Shown here in pieces: positions 26,575-39,700 of a DNA stretch of 64,000 nucleotides (its first letter is position 1; each line of letters opens with the position of its first letter). Origin of the DNA: Glaucostegus cemiculus (Eukaryota). Made by a program: the position numbers and the translations under genes. The stretch is from positions 16,802,001-16,866,000 of the forward strand of contig CDPCPM010000007.1 in the NCBI GenBank assembly GCA_976551045.1. Reading direction: 5' to 3'. The notes beneath the pieces were generated by a model. The model did not search any database and was not told the DNA's origin. It saw nothing but the letters and a program-made list of their open reading frames with translations.

Positions 26575-28835
26575 TCACAGAGCACAGAAACAGACCTTCT
26601 ACCCACCACATCCAGGGTGACCATCAATTACTAATCTGCTCTAATCCCATTTACCAGCACTTGGTCTTTAGTCTTCAATGGCTCAGCAATTCAAGTGCTT
26701 GTCTCAATATTTAAATATTGAAGTCTACCTGCCTCCACCACCCACTCAGGCAATGCATTCTAGACTACAAAAAACTGCTGGCTGAAAGTGTACTTCCTCA
26801 GATCCCCTTTAAACCAAAGCCATGTCCTCTAGATTTTGACAACTGTGTTCTGGGGGAAAAAGTTTCTTACTATCTACCCTGTTTATGCCCTTCATGATTT
26901 TGCAACCTCTATCAGATACACCCCTCAGCCTCCTCCACTCCAAGGAAAACAAACCTAGTCCGTCATTACTGAAACACTTCTCCCCAGGTAACGTCCTCTG
27001 TACCCCAGGTGCTTCTTATACTGTGGTGACCAGAACTGTACACAGTACTCCAGCTGTGGTCTATCCAACATTTCATAAACCTGTACCATAGCCTCACTGT
27101 TCTTATATACAATTCCTGGACAAATGAAGGCTTTTACCCTGTAGGCTTTCTTCACCTTATCCATTTGTGGTGTCCCCTTCAAAGTCCCTCCGCTCCTCAA
27201 TGCTTCCTTGGGTCCAACTGTTCAGTGCTTATGTCCTCTTATTTGTCCTCCCATTAGTCCTCCTAAAGTGAGCCATCTTTCATTTATCAAGATCAAATTC
27301 CATCTCTCATTGTTCTGTCCATTTTACCAACTGATAGGTATCTTCTTGCAACCCAAGATGATGCTCTTCACTGTTATCAACACCAATTACCATAGAACAG
27401 TACAGCACAATACAAGCCCTTCGGCCCACCATATTGTGCCAATCTTTAAACCACTCCTAAGACTATCTAACCCCTTCCTCCCACATAACCCCCTATCTTA
27501 AAATCCTGTAGATGCTTATCTAACAATCTCTTGAATTTGACCAATGTACCTGCCTCCACCACTACCCCAGGCAGTGCATTCCATGCACCAATCACTCTCT
27601 GGGTAAAAAGCATCCCTCTGATGTCTCCCTTGAACTTTCCACCCATTACTTTAAAGCTATGCCCTCTTGTATTGAGCATTGGTGCCCCGGGAAGGAGGCG
27701 CTGGCTGTTCTACTTCATCTATTCCTCTTAATATTCTATATACCTCTATCACGTCTCCCCCCTATCCTCCTCCTCTCCAAAGAGTAAAGCCCTAGCTCCC
27801 TTAGTCTCTCCTCATAATGCATACTCTAAGCTAGGCAGCATCCTGGTAAATCTCCTCTGTACCCTTTCCAACACTTTCACGTCCTTCCTATAATGAGGCA
27901 ACCAGAACTGAACACAGTACTCTAGTAGACACAGTGTGGTCTAACCAGAGGTTTGTAGAGCTGCATCATTACCTCGCGGCTCTTAAACTCAATCCCACGA
28001 TTTATGAAAGCTAACACCCCATAAGCTTTCTTAACTATCCTATCCACCTGTGAGGCAAATTTCAGTGATTTGTGGAAATGAACCCCTAGATCCCTCTGCT
28101 CCTCCACACTACCCAGAATCCTGCCATTAACTTTGTGCTCTACCTTGGAGATTGTCCTTCCAAAGTGTACCACCTCACACTTCTCTGGATTGAACTCCAT
28201 CTGCTACTTCTCAGCCCAGTCCTGCATCCTTTCAATATCCCTCTGCAATCTTCAATAGTCCGCCACACTATGCACAACATCACCGACCTTTGTGTTGTCT
28301 GCAAACTTGCTAACCCACCCTTCTGCCCCTGATCCAAGTCATTAATAAATATTACAAAAAGTAGAGGTCCCAGAACCGATCCTTGTGGAACACCACTAGT
28401 CACAGCCCTCCAATCTGAATTCACTTCCTCCACCACAACCCTCTGCTTTCTACAGGAAAGCCAATTCTGAATCCACACAGCCAAACCTCCCTGGATCCCA
28501 TGCCCTTGGACCTTCTGAGGCCTACCATGTGGAACCTTGTTAAACGCCTTACTAAAATCCATGTATACCACGTCTACTGCACTGCCCTCATCAATCTGCC
28601 CTGCCCTCATCAATCTGCCTGGTCACCTCCTCAAAAAATCCTATCAGGCTTGTGAGACATGATCTTCCCTTCACAAAGCCATTCTAGCTGTCCCTAATCA
28701 GTCTATGATTCTCTAAATGCTCATAGATCCTCTCTCTCAGAATCCTAATTACCATCTGCATCATCTGTAAATTTACTAATCATACCTCCTACATTCCTAT
28801 CCAAATTGTTAATATATATGACAAATAAGGGCAAC
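26575..28835 (-). mobile_element. Older CR1 LINE split by nested insertion (pieces ~26575-27390 and ~28750-28835)
   Basis: [17 protein letters not shown] fragment; FADD-region sequence resumes after 28755. Confidence 0.8.
27394..28746 (-). mobile_element. CR1 LINE (frameshifted RT, apparently same family as 44345-45780) nested in an older CR1
   Basis: ORF fragments [39 protein letters not shown]; similar 3' UTR; flanked by AATTACCAT direct repeat. Confidence 0.9.
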
Positions 28836-28959
28836 TTCAGATTGAATATTGTGTAATGAAAGCGTAATTAAATCTTGTACATGCAAGGCCTTGCATAAAA
28901 AATGACCATAATGTAGGATTTGTATTAAGATTTAAAGTATATTAATTTCATCTGAAATG

Positions 28960-29445
28960 AGGGTCTTGAATCTAAGCAATGCAAACTACATTGAGTATAA
29001 AAGTTGGAAGGTCATGGTATGGTTGTACAAGACCATGGTGAGGCTGCACTTGGAGTATGGTGTTCAGTTTTTTGTCATCCTGCTATAGGAAAGATATTAT
29101 TAAACTGGAAAGAGTGCAGGAAAGATTTACAAGGATGTTGCCAGGACATGAGAGACAGAATGATAAGGAGAGGTTGGACAGGCTAGGACTTTATTCCTTG
29201 GGGTGTAGGAGACTGAGAAATGATCTTATAGGTGTATAAATTCACGATGGGCACAGATAGGGTGAATACACTCTGTCTTTTCCACCCCCACCAGAGTTGA
29301 AGAATAAAGAACTAGAGGGCCTAGGTTTCAGGTGAGAGGGGTAAGATTTAATAGGAACTTGAGGAGCAACTTTTTTTAATATATAAAAAGGGTGGTATGT
29401 ATGTGAAATGAGCTGCCAGAGGAAGTGGTTGAGACAGGTTCAACC
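28960..29445 (+). mobile_element. CR1 LINE 3' fragment
   Basis: YRKDIIKLERVQERFTRMLPG..ERLDRLGLYSL; similar to 40960-41400. Confidence 0.85.
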
Positions 29446-29793
29446 AAAACTGGAGGAAAAGTGAGTTATTGATCATTGATTGCATTTGGTGCTTGCAGAA
29501 TCTTGCTATGCCCAAAGTGGCTTTCATCTGTGGATGCAAAATAGGCACAGCATGTCAAAAGTAACTTATTAGGTGCAAAGCATCCTGGCACATTTATTAA
29601 TAAAATCATTTCTGCACAGTAAATTTGGCTGTATTAAAATCAATACTAGGACATCAGATTTTGTATTGTTCTGGTAGGTGTGCTAATTGTCTAGAAACTT
29701 CAATACAGTTTATTGTTGACACTAAGCATCAATTGTCTAGAGCAAAATGCTCCTGCATATCTGATTACCAATTTTATCTTCAAGTAGCCATAC

Positions 29794-29934
29794 CTTTTTC
29801 CCATTTCTTTTATTAACAACAGGCACTCTTTCATCTCCTGTCAAAGTGTTAACATCCAGTTTGTTAGGATTTCTGCAGCGATGCCTTTTCTGTTTAGGCT
29901 TCTGAAATGGGGTCAACAGCACTTCTCCACTCTT
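29794..29934 (-). CDS. CHD7: CHD7 coding exon (exon 36 equivalent, 141 bp; start of second BRK domain)
   Basis: [47 protein letters not shown]; acceptor tttccacag, donor gtatgg. Confidence 0.96.
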
Positions 29935-30419
29935 CTGTGGAAAGAGAAAAATGTTATGTATTCACTTATTTATCATTATGATGTATGCATATTTTGGAGC
30001 CCTGCAAAAATAAATTCATATGGTCAAAATTTCTAAATATCCCATTTTCATTGTTGCTTTATTCCATACATTTGATGAGAAATGTAAACATTCCAATTGA
30101 GTGCAAGTTCTGTACTGTGGAATTATCATTTACACGAATATAGAATTTTGAGTTGTTAAAGCCCGTAAAAGTGTCTAGTCGCAATACATCATTAGAATAA
30201 AGATTTTGGAACGACCTGACTGAGGTTTGTAAGTTAATGAAAGGAATAGACTAAATAGACTGGGGTCGATAGGAACAAGTACGAATAAAGTTCCTTTTTT
30301 GGCTAGGATCAGAATCTTTTTTTTAAAGATAGATACTGCAAGAAATTTCAGGACAATTTTTTTTTGCATTTGTGTTTCTACTGATGGCTGGCAATGAGTT
30401 TTTCCAGATTCTCTTTATG

Positions 30420-31000
30420 AACCATCCTAACTGCATACCGCCCAAGTTCCTGGTCACCTATCACTTCAATTCTACATCACAATCCCACTCTTGCCTGACA
30501 CTGTTCCAATGCAAGCTTGAAGAACTTCATCTCACCTTATGACTTGTTATGAAAGTCCTCAGGACAACAGAATTCAACAATATCAAGTAACCAGCCTTTC
30601 CAAAAAGTGGGCAGCAATCATCTCTCTCCACAGATGCTGCCTCACCTGCTAGGTATTTCCAGCATTCACTTACTACAGATTTTCAGGAACGCAGAATTTT
30701 CCATTCAGTTATAATATTCTCCCCACCTCTCCTCCATCTCCCCTCATTGCCATCTGTTTATATCTCTTCTGTTCAGATCATTTGCAATTAACAAGCTTTA
30801 ACATCCTTTGTGATGATACCATCATTTTGTGACTATCAGAAATGGATCTTTTATTCGCTTCACCCCTCCTCCTCCGCAACTTAAAAATTCTCCCAGGTCT
30901 GACGAAAGGTCATTGAAACATGACTACGTTTCTCCCTTCACAGAAGTTGCCTGATCTGTGAACATTTTCAGCTTTATCTACTTTAATTTCAGATTTCCAA
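30420..31000 (+). mobile_element. Penelope-like 3' end fragment with two terminal-repeat motifs
   Basis: GIY-YIG C-terminal-like DNA (aagcttgaagaacttcatctc), cacagatgctgcc motif ~30628, CTGACGAAAGGTCATTGAAAC at 30899. Confidence 0.6.
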
Positions 31001-31258
31001 TGGACTGGCAAGGAAATAATATTTTCCAAAAAATAGGAATCACAAAATCAGCAATGAATTAAAACTATTAAAATCACAAAGCCTACTTATAATTTGCAAC
31101 CTTCAGTGCCTTGTCACTCAATCTAAAATATTCTGCCAGAACAAGCCTGAATGTTGTTTCAGTTCTTGCTTCATGAAGACCGACTTGCTAGTTTTCATGA
31201 TAAGTTGATATTGCCTTTCAAACATTATACCAGGCAACATTTGTACTGCAGTACTTAC

Positions 31259-31483
31259 TGGTACATAACTAGGCATATCCACTGTATAAGCTGGGTGAAC
31301 TTTCAGCCATTCCACCAAATCTTTATTTTTAGGGGCAGCTTCGCCTACAAGCCTGGTCCCATCTTCCAAGTTAACAACAGGGATGTGTGCCTCTGGGTCC
31401 AACTGACCAGGAGATGGAATGTTTCTTAGTTGTGATGCTGTCTGCATGCTCTCCTCAAAAGCTTTGGTCACTTCTGCATCATC
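31259..31483 (-). CDS. CHD7: CHD7 coding exon (exon 35 equivalent, 225 bp; first BRK domain)
   Basis: [11 protein letters not shown]...[50 protein letters not shown]; acceptor tacatgcag, donor gtaagt. Confidence 0.96.
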
Positions 31484-31979
31484 CTGCATGTAGAAATGCA
31501 TCATTACTAATACTGCGACAAATAATTGCTTGTCTATACTATTAGATTCTGTGAATGAAAACTCAGGAAGGTGGATAGAACATTTGGTCTTTTAAATATC
31601 TGGTAATGTGCACTGCTGTTGGCTTTCACCAGCCTATGGGATTTTACTTTATTGACAAATGATCCTGTACCGTCCAATCAGGGAATTCAGATTTGATTTT
31701 CCTGCATGCAGTTACACAGTCACCACTGCATCTAGGGTTTGGGAATGAGGGGTTGCATTAAAACACAAATGACTACAGAGATCACGGAGCAAATCAAGGG
31801 AGTGACGTGCAAAAACATCTACAGAAGGACATGCATCACTGAGATACTGGGCTCATGCTTCAGAGAACATTAGTTCAAATCCCATCATGGTAGTTTGAGA
31901 ATTTGAATTCATTTTGAAAGATATAATTTGGAAAGAAAAATCTGAAATCAAGCAGTTTTTGTATTTTGGCATCTGTGGA

Positions 31980-32160
31980 AGAAACATAAAAGGATGTAAA
32001 TACTTAACAGGCTGGGCAGATCTGTGGACAGATAATCAAAGTTAATGTTGATGACCTTTCAATAAAACAGTTCTGAAGAAAGGTCACTGACTTGAAAAGT
32101 TAACTAGTTTCCCCATTCCATAGATGCTGCCCATCTTGCTAAATATTCCTGTTTGTATTT
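31980..32160. repeat. Degenerate palindromic Penelope terminal-repeat derivative with hammerhead-like core
   Basis: Inverted arms centred ~32065; CTGAAGA-A-AGGTC-act-GACTT-GAAA at 32073-32097. Confidence 0.7.
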
Positions 32161-32479
32161 TAACCCTAAATCAAGGTACTATTAAAAATTAAGTTTAGTT
32201 TTCCTTTTAAGAACAGCTAAAAGCAGCAAACTATCCCATTTATTAAAAGAATGATCTGGACAACTAGTAATCATGTATCATTACTGCACAATAAAATAGT
32301 TATCCAAATAAAATCAACTACTACAAAAATCCAGGGAAATAAATCTGCAATCTCTACCCAGTTTGGCTCTTCATAACCACAGCATGTAACCAACTCCTAA
32401 TTGCTGCACAAAATACCCAAGTTGATTCAGTTGAATCAAACTACAGCAGTGAATAATAATAAAAAAAGCAGACACCAGC

Positions 32480-34960
32480 CACTGTTGACTTGGGCACCAA
32501 ATATAAAAGGCACATTCAGCCCTGTCAATCCTACAAAGTCCTTTACTCCAGATTTTCAAACTCCAGAGAGCTGCTGCACAATCTATTCAAGCAACTGCCC
32601 AAGAGTCCTACTCGCAGCAATATAGCTGTCAGCCCATACAAAGCTTGTCCATTACCTAAGTATAGCCTATCACACCAGCAAGACAGGCTAGCTGAAGTGG
32701 CAGCACAACAAAATAGTCACCAGGGAGTGGCATACGTGTGCTCAACATTGATTCCAGACATCATGAAATCTCTTGGTATCATGTCAAACATGGGCAAGGA
32801 AATCACCTGCTCATTACTACCTACCATCTTCCTCCAGCTGCTGAGTCAATATTCCTCCGTTTTGAACATTTGAAGCAGCACTGAGGGTGGCAGCAGCACA
32901 AAATATACTCTTGGTGAGGAACTTCAATGTACACTACCAATTGTGGTTCAGTAGCACCATTACTAATTCTGAAGGACACTACCCTATGATAATAGAACCA
33001 ACAGCTTGATGTCAACCTCAATCTACTTTGCTTTAAGGATACAAGGTCCTGCTTTCACAGACTTTATGCTCTAATTTATGGCGCACTAGTACCACAACAT
33101 ATTTAATCCAGCAGCTCGAAACTGGCTATCCAAGAGGCACTAGGCACTATAAACAAAAATATATTTTACCGTAATCTGTTACTTCATGTTTTACTATGTT
33201 CTTCACTAACATTACCACCAAGTTAGATGGTCAACATTGGTTCAATGGGTGTAGAAGAGCATTCCAGGAGCATCACCAAGTTTAAATAAACATCTGCTGA
33301 CATCTGCCGAATATACAGAAAACAACCTGATATTAAATAGTATAAGCAGCATGCTTATAGAAAAAACCCCATGACCCCACAACTAATGGATCAGATCAAA
33401 GCTTTGCAATCCTGACAAATCCAGTCATGAATGATGGATGACAATGAAGCAGCAAAAGAACTCAAGGAATACCGGCATTCTTAATAATGGCAGAGTCCAG
33501 CAAACAGGAAAAGATCATCTTCAGCCATAGATAACCAAGTTGATAACACATCACTGCCTCTTCCCGAGGTTCTCACCATCACTAAACTTGTCTACAGCTT
33601 GATTCACACCACATTAAGAAACCAGAAAAAACACACTTTGGAATCCTGACAGTATGATTACAAGAGTAGGATTTTGCAATCTTTAGTGAGTTGTAGTGTT
33701 GGAGACCTGTAAACTAGATCTAGCTGTACCCATTACCAAAACTGTTCCACCATGAGAAGTTATCTACTTTTGCCTGGCCGCAAGTCAAATTGAGCCAATA
33801 ATCCTTCCTAATTATCAGCAAAACGATGATAGATACTGCTGACATGGCAATCAAGCAGCACTTTTTCCACCATCAGTTTTGTCACCAACGGAGAGTTTGG
33901 ATCAGGCTGGCATTTGCTGACTCTAATTCTCATCATAGTTTTGGCCCAAACATAAACCTAGAAACTGGGCGAGAGTGACATCAAGGCAATATTTCATTGA
34001 ACTTAGCATCAAGGACCTGGAGGAAAATTGAAGTTAATTGGAATTAAGGGCCGATCTTCCTTTGATCTAGCAGTGAAAAGCTATGTTTGGATGGTTTAAG
34101 AGTACAATCATCCCATACTCAGGACATCACTGTGGAAATTTGTCAGAACATTGATGGCCAATGTCTTCTGATCTTCAATAACTTTCTCTCCGTCAATGGA
34201 TCTGTACTGTGATGCTCACTGACAAATGCCAAGTGTTTAAATCCATTCATAAGTCCTCACACAATTAAACAGCCTTATCCATGCAGTGAAAGCTGGACAA
34301 CGTTCAGGCTTGGACTAATATGTAGCAAGTAACATTGTGTCAAATAAGTACTAGTAAATTCCCACGTCTAATCATCTCCTTTTGATATTCAATGATAATC
34401 GATCATGACATCAAGACCTTAAGAATCAATACAAACTGAACATTTAATTACACTATAGTATACATAAATTCTGTGATAACAGTGGGATTCTGCAGTGACT
34501 GACTTGCCTGCTGTCTCCTCAAATCTTTTCCACTTTTTATAAAACACAAGAACATAATGGAATACTCTAGACTTGCCTGGATGAGTACCACTCTAGAACT
34601 CTCATGAAGCACGTCTTTCACTACAAAACAGTGACTAGACAAGCAATCTATTACCAGCTAAAACATTAACTCCTTCCATCATCAGTGCACCAACTTGCTA
34701 ACATCTTTGACAAAATACCTTCTTCAAACCAATGATCACTGCAACATAGAACCAGATGGATGGTAATACCATCATCCAAATTTCCCATCAAGCAACTCAA
34801 TCCTGACAGAAATATGTCACCAATCATCATTGCTGGGTCCAAACCCAGAAAAAAAACTATCGTATTGCATTGTGAGAATACATTCAATAACTTATCTGTA
34901 AGAGTTCAAGGTAGTATTTCATCAGTGTCTTCTCAAGAGTAATTAAGAATTAGTAATAAA
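32480..34960 (+). mobile_element. Highly decayed LINE (Crack/L2-like clade, tentative)
   Basis: Degenerate APE motif (ggtgaggaacttcaatgtacac, GDFNVH-like) and RT motif (gacatcaaggca, DIKAAF-like); no long ORF. Confidence 0.55.
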
Positions 34961-35374
34961 TTGAACAAAATAAAAACATATACTCAGGGAACAAATCAAT
35001 AATGAAATCTGTCTGGCCAAATTAAAAGTATGCCTAAACCCAAATACATATCTGAACAAAAATGTAATATGTGCTTTACATACTGTATATTTTGGATCTG
35101 TTTAAGGAAATAGCCCAATTTCAGTGCATTTAACACCCAAGTTTTTGGTTTATAGAATACATCTGTTTTTCACAACTTAACTATGGCCTAAAGCAGAGTC
35201 TCTTCATTGGTACAACTGAGAATACCAATACGAAAACAAATGATTTATAAAGGAGGATGGTACAGCATAAAACTGCACGCTCTTACTTTCAGCTGCAAAC
35301 CCATGAGATTGGTAATGGACATCACAACTGCTGTTGACGCTGCTCTGAATTTATTGAAGAGTTACAACGTGTGG

Positions 35375-35655
35375 ACAGAGATTAATTCTGCCACTCATTT
35401 TCAAATGAGACCTTAAACCAAGATGCTGTCTATACCCCCAGGTGTAGGTAAGACAGCCCATGGCACTATTTCAAAGAATAAGTTATCTTGTACCATGGCC
35501 TATATTCTTTAGTAATAAACTTTACTAAATCAGATCAATTGGTTATTTTGGAGTTGCTGTTGTGGGAGCTTGCAGTCCACAAAGTGCCATTTTCTACATC
35601 CCCATTATAACCACACTAAAGTACTTTATTGGCTATGAAACACTTCGGGATTATT
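35375..35655 (+). mobile_element. Deu-domain SINE (SacSINE1/AmnSINE1-related), decayed
   Basis: gagaccttaaaccaag..cccatggcactatttcaaag..ttgctgttgtgggagcttgc..aaagtactttattggctatgaaacacttcggga matches the DeuSINE core as I recall it. Confidence 0.7.
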
Positions 35656-35911
35656 TCTTTCCTTATTCTTTCAAGCTGCCAAACAAATGCTCTTTTGAGG
35701 AGCATCGACCCAAAGGCATTTTCTGCCTATTCTCATATTTACCATTAAATAACAGGTGAAAAATCCTGCTTAGATCCCAGCAATATATGAAAAAGGAGAA
35801 CCATGTTCATTACTTTGAACTGATTTCACTCAAGATGGGGGTGGGTTAGAAAAATTATGTACAAGAAATTCAAAAAAATCCAAGAACTTTCCCCTTTTAG
35901 GTGTTACTTAC

Positions 35912-36358
35912 AGCATTTAACGTTGTCCGTTTGTTGTTCATAAATAAGAGATCAAGTCCCTCCACATTTTTCCTCCTTCCTCTTCTCCTTTTTATTGGCA
36001 TTTCCCCATCAACTAGTGAACCATTTATCATAAGTCCAGTTGGTGTTCGTGAAAGGCCTGCTTGCAGCATTTCGACATGGGCTTTATAGGCATCTGATAC
36101 TGGCACAGAGGCATTCGGCAAAACGTACTTGGGATTAACAGAAGGGTTACTGACTGAGGTAGAACTTCTCGCCTCTCTGGAGGCTTTTGATAAATCCACA
36201 GCTCTCTCCTGTCCACTATCTGAGGCTGCCTGGGACTCACGAAGCTGAGCCACCATCTCCATCAGGTTTCTTCGCCTTGCAGCTCGCTCAGCTTCTATTT
36301 CAATCTTCTTTCGTCGTCTCCTACGTTGCCTTGGAACTGATAGGTTCATTGCATCATC
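35912..36358 (-). CDS. CHD7: CHD7 coding exon (exon 34 equivalent, 447 bp)
   Basis: [43 protein letters not shown]...[18 protein letters not shown]...TLNA; acceptor ctgttacag, donor gtaagt. Confidence 0.96.
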
Positions 36359-36749
36359 CTGTAACAGAAAATATACAGATTTCAATCCCAAATGCAAAAC
36401 TTCCATTCAGGAGTAAGTTCTATTGTATTTAGAGTGCAAGGGCTCTCTGATTTATTATGTATTTCAATTTCAATAGTTAGGAAATTAGAACCCTATTAGA
36501 GTCTCTCCCTTTCAAAGACAGGCAAATAAATAGAAGCAAAAAGTCCTGAATTAGAGTACTCATGCAAGTTAGCTCGTTATTATTCTAAACAGAACAGAAC
36601 AAGCTATTGGCAATATCTTAACAAAAGTACCATCTCCCATGAAAGAAATGCTAATTTAAATGTATCCAATGAAATGAAAGCCATTGCGAATAAAGCCATG
36701 TTCACACTAACTGCCAAACATCTATAGATATAAAACTCCCTTTGGATTT

Positions 36750-39700
36750 TCTTAAGTATATTAAAAAAGAAGAGTAACTAGAGAGAAAAATCAGGACCCC
36801 AAAGACCAAAGGGGACACCTTTGTGTGGAGCTGCAGGAAATTGGGCAATGTCCTCGCTGAATATTTCCCCTCTGCTTTCACTCCGGAGAAAGACATGACG
36901 ATTTCAGAACTCGGAGAAGTGAATGAGGTGGTCTTGGGGATAGTCCACATTACAGTAGCAGTGCTTGATGTCTTAAAACATATGAAGGTAGACAAATCTC
37001 CAAGGTCTGACCAGGTATATCCAAGAACACTATGGGAAGTCAGAGAAGAAATTGTGGGACCCCTGGCTGAGATATTTGTATCATTGTTAGATACAGATGA
37101 GGTGCCAGTAAACTGGGGGGTAGCGAAAGCTGTGCTTTTATTTAAGAAGGGCGGCAAAGAAAAACCTGGGAACTATAGACCATTAAGTCTAAAATCTGTG
37201 GTAGGAAAGTTACTGGAAATGATTCTGAAGGATAAGATATACGTACATCTGGAAAGACAGGGGTTGATTAGGGGTAGTCAGCATGGCTTTGTGTGTGGGA
37301 GATCATGTCTTACGAATTTGATTGCGTTTTTTGATGATGTGACCAAGAAAGTCGATGAGGGCAGGGCAGTAGATGTGGTTTATATGTATTTCAGTAAGGT
37401 ATTTTATAAAATTCCACATGGTAGGCTGCTCTGGAAGGTTAGATCACATGGAATCTAGTGATCTCATTGGATACACAATTGGCTTGATGGTAGAAAACAG
37501 AGGGTGATGGTGGAAGAGAAACAAAGGACTGCAAGTGCTGGAATCTGGATGAAAAACACAATGATGCTGGAGGAATTCAGCAGAGATGATGGTGGAAGGT
37601 TGTTTCTTAGACTGGAGGACTGTGACTAGTGGTGTGCCCCAGGGGTCAGTGCTGGACCCATTGTTGTTTGTCATCTACATCAATGATTTGTATAAGAATG
37701 TACAGGGGGTGATTAGTAAGTTTGCAGATGACACTATGATGGGTGGTATAGTGGACAATGAAAGTGGTTATGAAAGATTACAGGGGGATCTTGATCAGCT
37801 AAGTGGGCCAAGCAATGGCAAGTGGCACTTACATACGGACATAAGAAATAGGAGCAGGAGTAGGCCGTCTGGCCTGTCGAGCCTGACCTGCCATTCAATA
37901 AGATCATGGCTTATCTGGCAGTGGACTCATATCCACCCAGCTGCCCTTTCACCATAACCCTTAATTCCCCTACTAAGCAAAAATCTATTGATCTCTCTCT
38001 TCAATATATTTAATGAGGTAGCTTCTACTGCTTCCCGGGGCAGAGAATTCCACAGATTCACTACTCTCTGGGAAAAGTGGTTTCTTCTCATCTCCATCCT
38101 AAATCTATTCCCATCAATCTTGAGGCTATGTCCCCTAGTTCTAGTTTCACCTACCAGTGGAAACAACCTTCCCGCCTTTATCCTATCTATCCCTTTCCTA
38201 ATTTTATGTTTCTATAAGATCCCCTCTTATTCTTCTGACTTCCAGTGAGTATAGTCCCAGGCAACTCAATTGCGCCTCATAGGCTTACCCCCTCATCTCC
38301 AGAATCAACTGGGGTATCTCCTCAGCACTACCTCCACAGCCAGTACATCTTTCCTCAAATGAGGAGACCAGAACTGCATGCAGTACTCCTTGCTCTTAAG
38401 TTCAATCCCTCTAGCAACAAAGGCCAACATTCCATTTGCCTTCTTGATAAGCTGCAGTACCTGCAAACCACCCTTTTGCGATTCATGCACAAACACTCCC
38501 AAGTCCCTCTGCTCAACAGCATGCTGCAATCTTGCATCATTTAAACAATAATCTGATCTATTCTTCCTTCCAAAGTGGATGACCTTGTATTTACCAACAG
38601 TGTACTCCATCTGCCAGACCCTTGCCCACTCACTCAACCTATCTACATCTCTCTGCATGATTACCCTTTCCACTCAATTCACTGTCATCAGCAAACTTAG
38701 ATACGCTACACTCAGTCCCCTCTTCCACATCGTTAATGTACATCGTATACAGTTGCGGGCCCTGCACCGATCCCCACGGCACCCTGCTCACCACTGATTA
38801 TCAACCATTTATTCCAACTCTCTGCCTTCTGTTGGTTAACCAATCCACGCTAATATATTACTCCCAATTCCATGCATCCTACCTCATGGATAAGTCTTTT
38901 ATGCCGCACCTTATCAAAAGCCTTCTGGAAATCCAATTATACAACATCCACCTGTTCCCCTCTACCCACTGTGCTCATTATATCCTCGAAGAACTCCAGT
39001 AAATTTGTCAAACTGCACCTGCCCTTCCTGAATTCATGCTGCATCTGACTGATGAAGCCACTTCTATCCAGATGTCTTGCTATTTCTTCCTTAATCATAG
39101 CTTCAAGCATTTTCCCAACTACAGACACCAAGCTAACTGGCCTATAGTTACCTGCCTTTTGCTTACATCCTTTTATAAACAATGGCGTGATATTTGCTGT
39201 CTTCCAATTTGCCCAGAGTCCAGAGAATTTTGGTAAATTATCGCAAATGCCTCTACTATAACTTCCGCCATTTCTTTCAGTACCCTGGGATGCATCCCAT
39301 CAGGACCAGGGGACTTATCTACCTTTAGGCTTACTAGTTTGCTCATCTCTACTCTTTAGTGACAGCGATTGTAGAGGTTCTCACTTCCCATCACATGCAT
39401 AACATCCCTCTTTGGCATGTTAGTTGTGTCTTCCACCAGGGAGACCAACTCAAAATAGTTGTCAAAGCCTCAGCCATTTCCACATTACCTAATTTTAATT
39501 CCCCCTCATCTTCTACAGGACCTATGTTCACTTTAGCCATCCTTTTCCACTTTATACAATTATAGAAACTTTTACTATCTTTTTTATATTTTGTGCTCGC
39601 TTACTTTCATAATCTATCTTCCCTTTCCTTATTGGTTGTTTAGTGGTTCTTTATTGTTTTTTAAAATTTTCCCAATCTTCCAGTTTCCCACTACTCTTGG

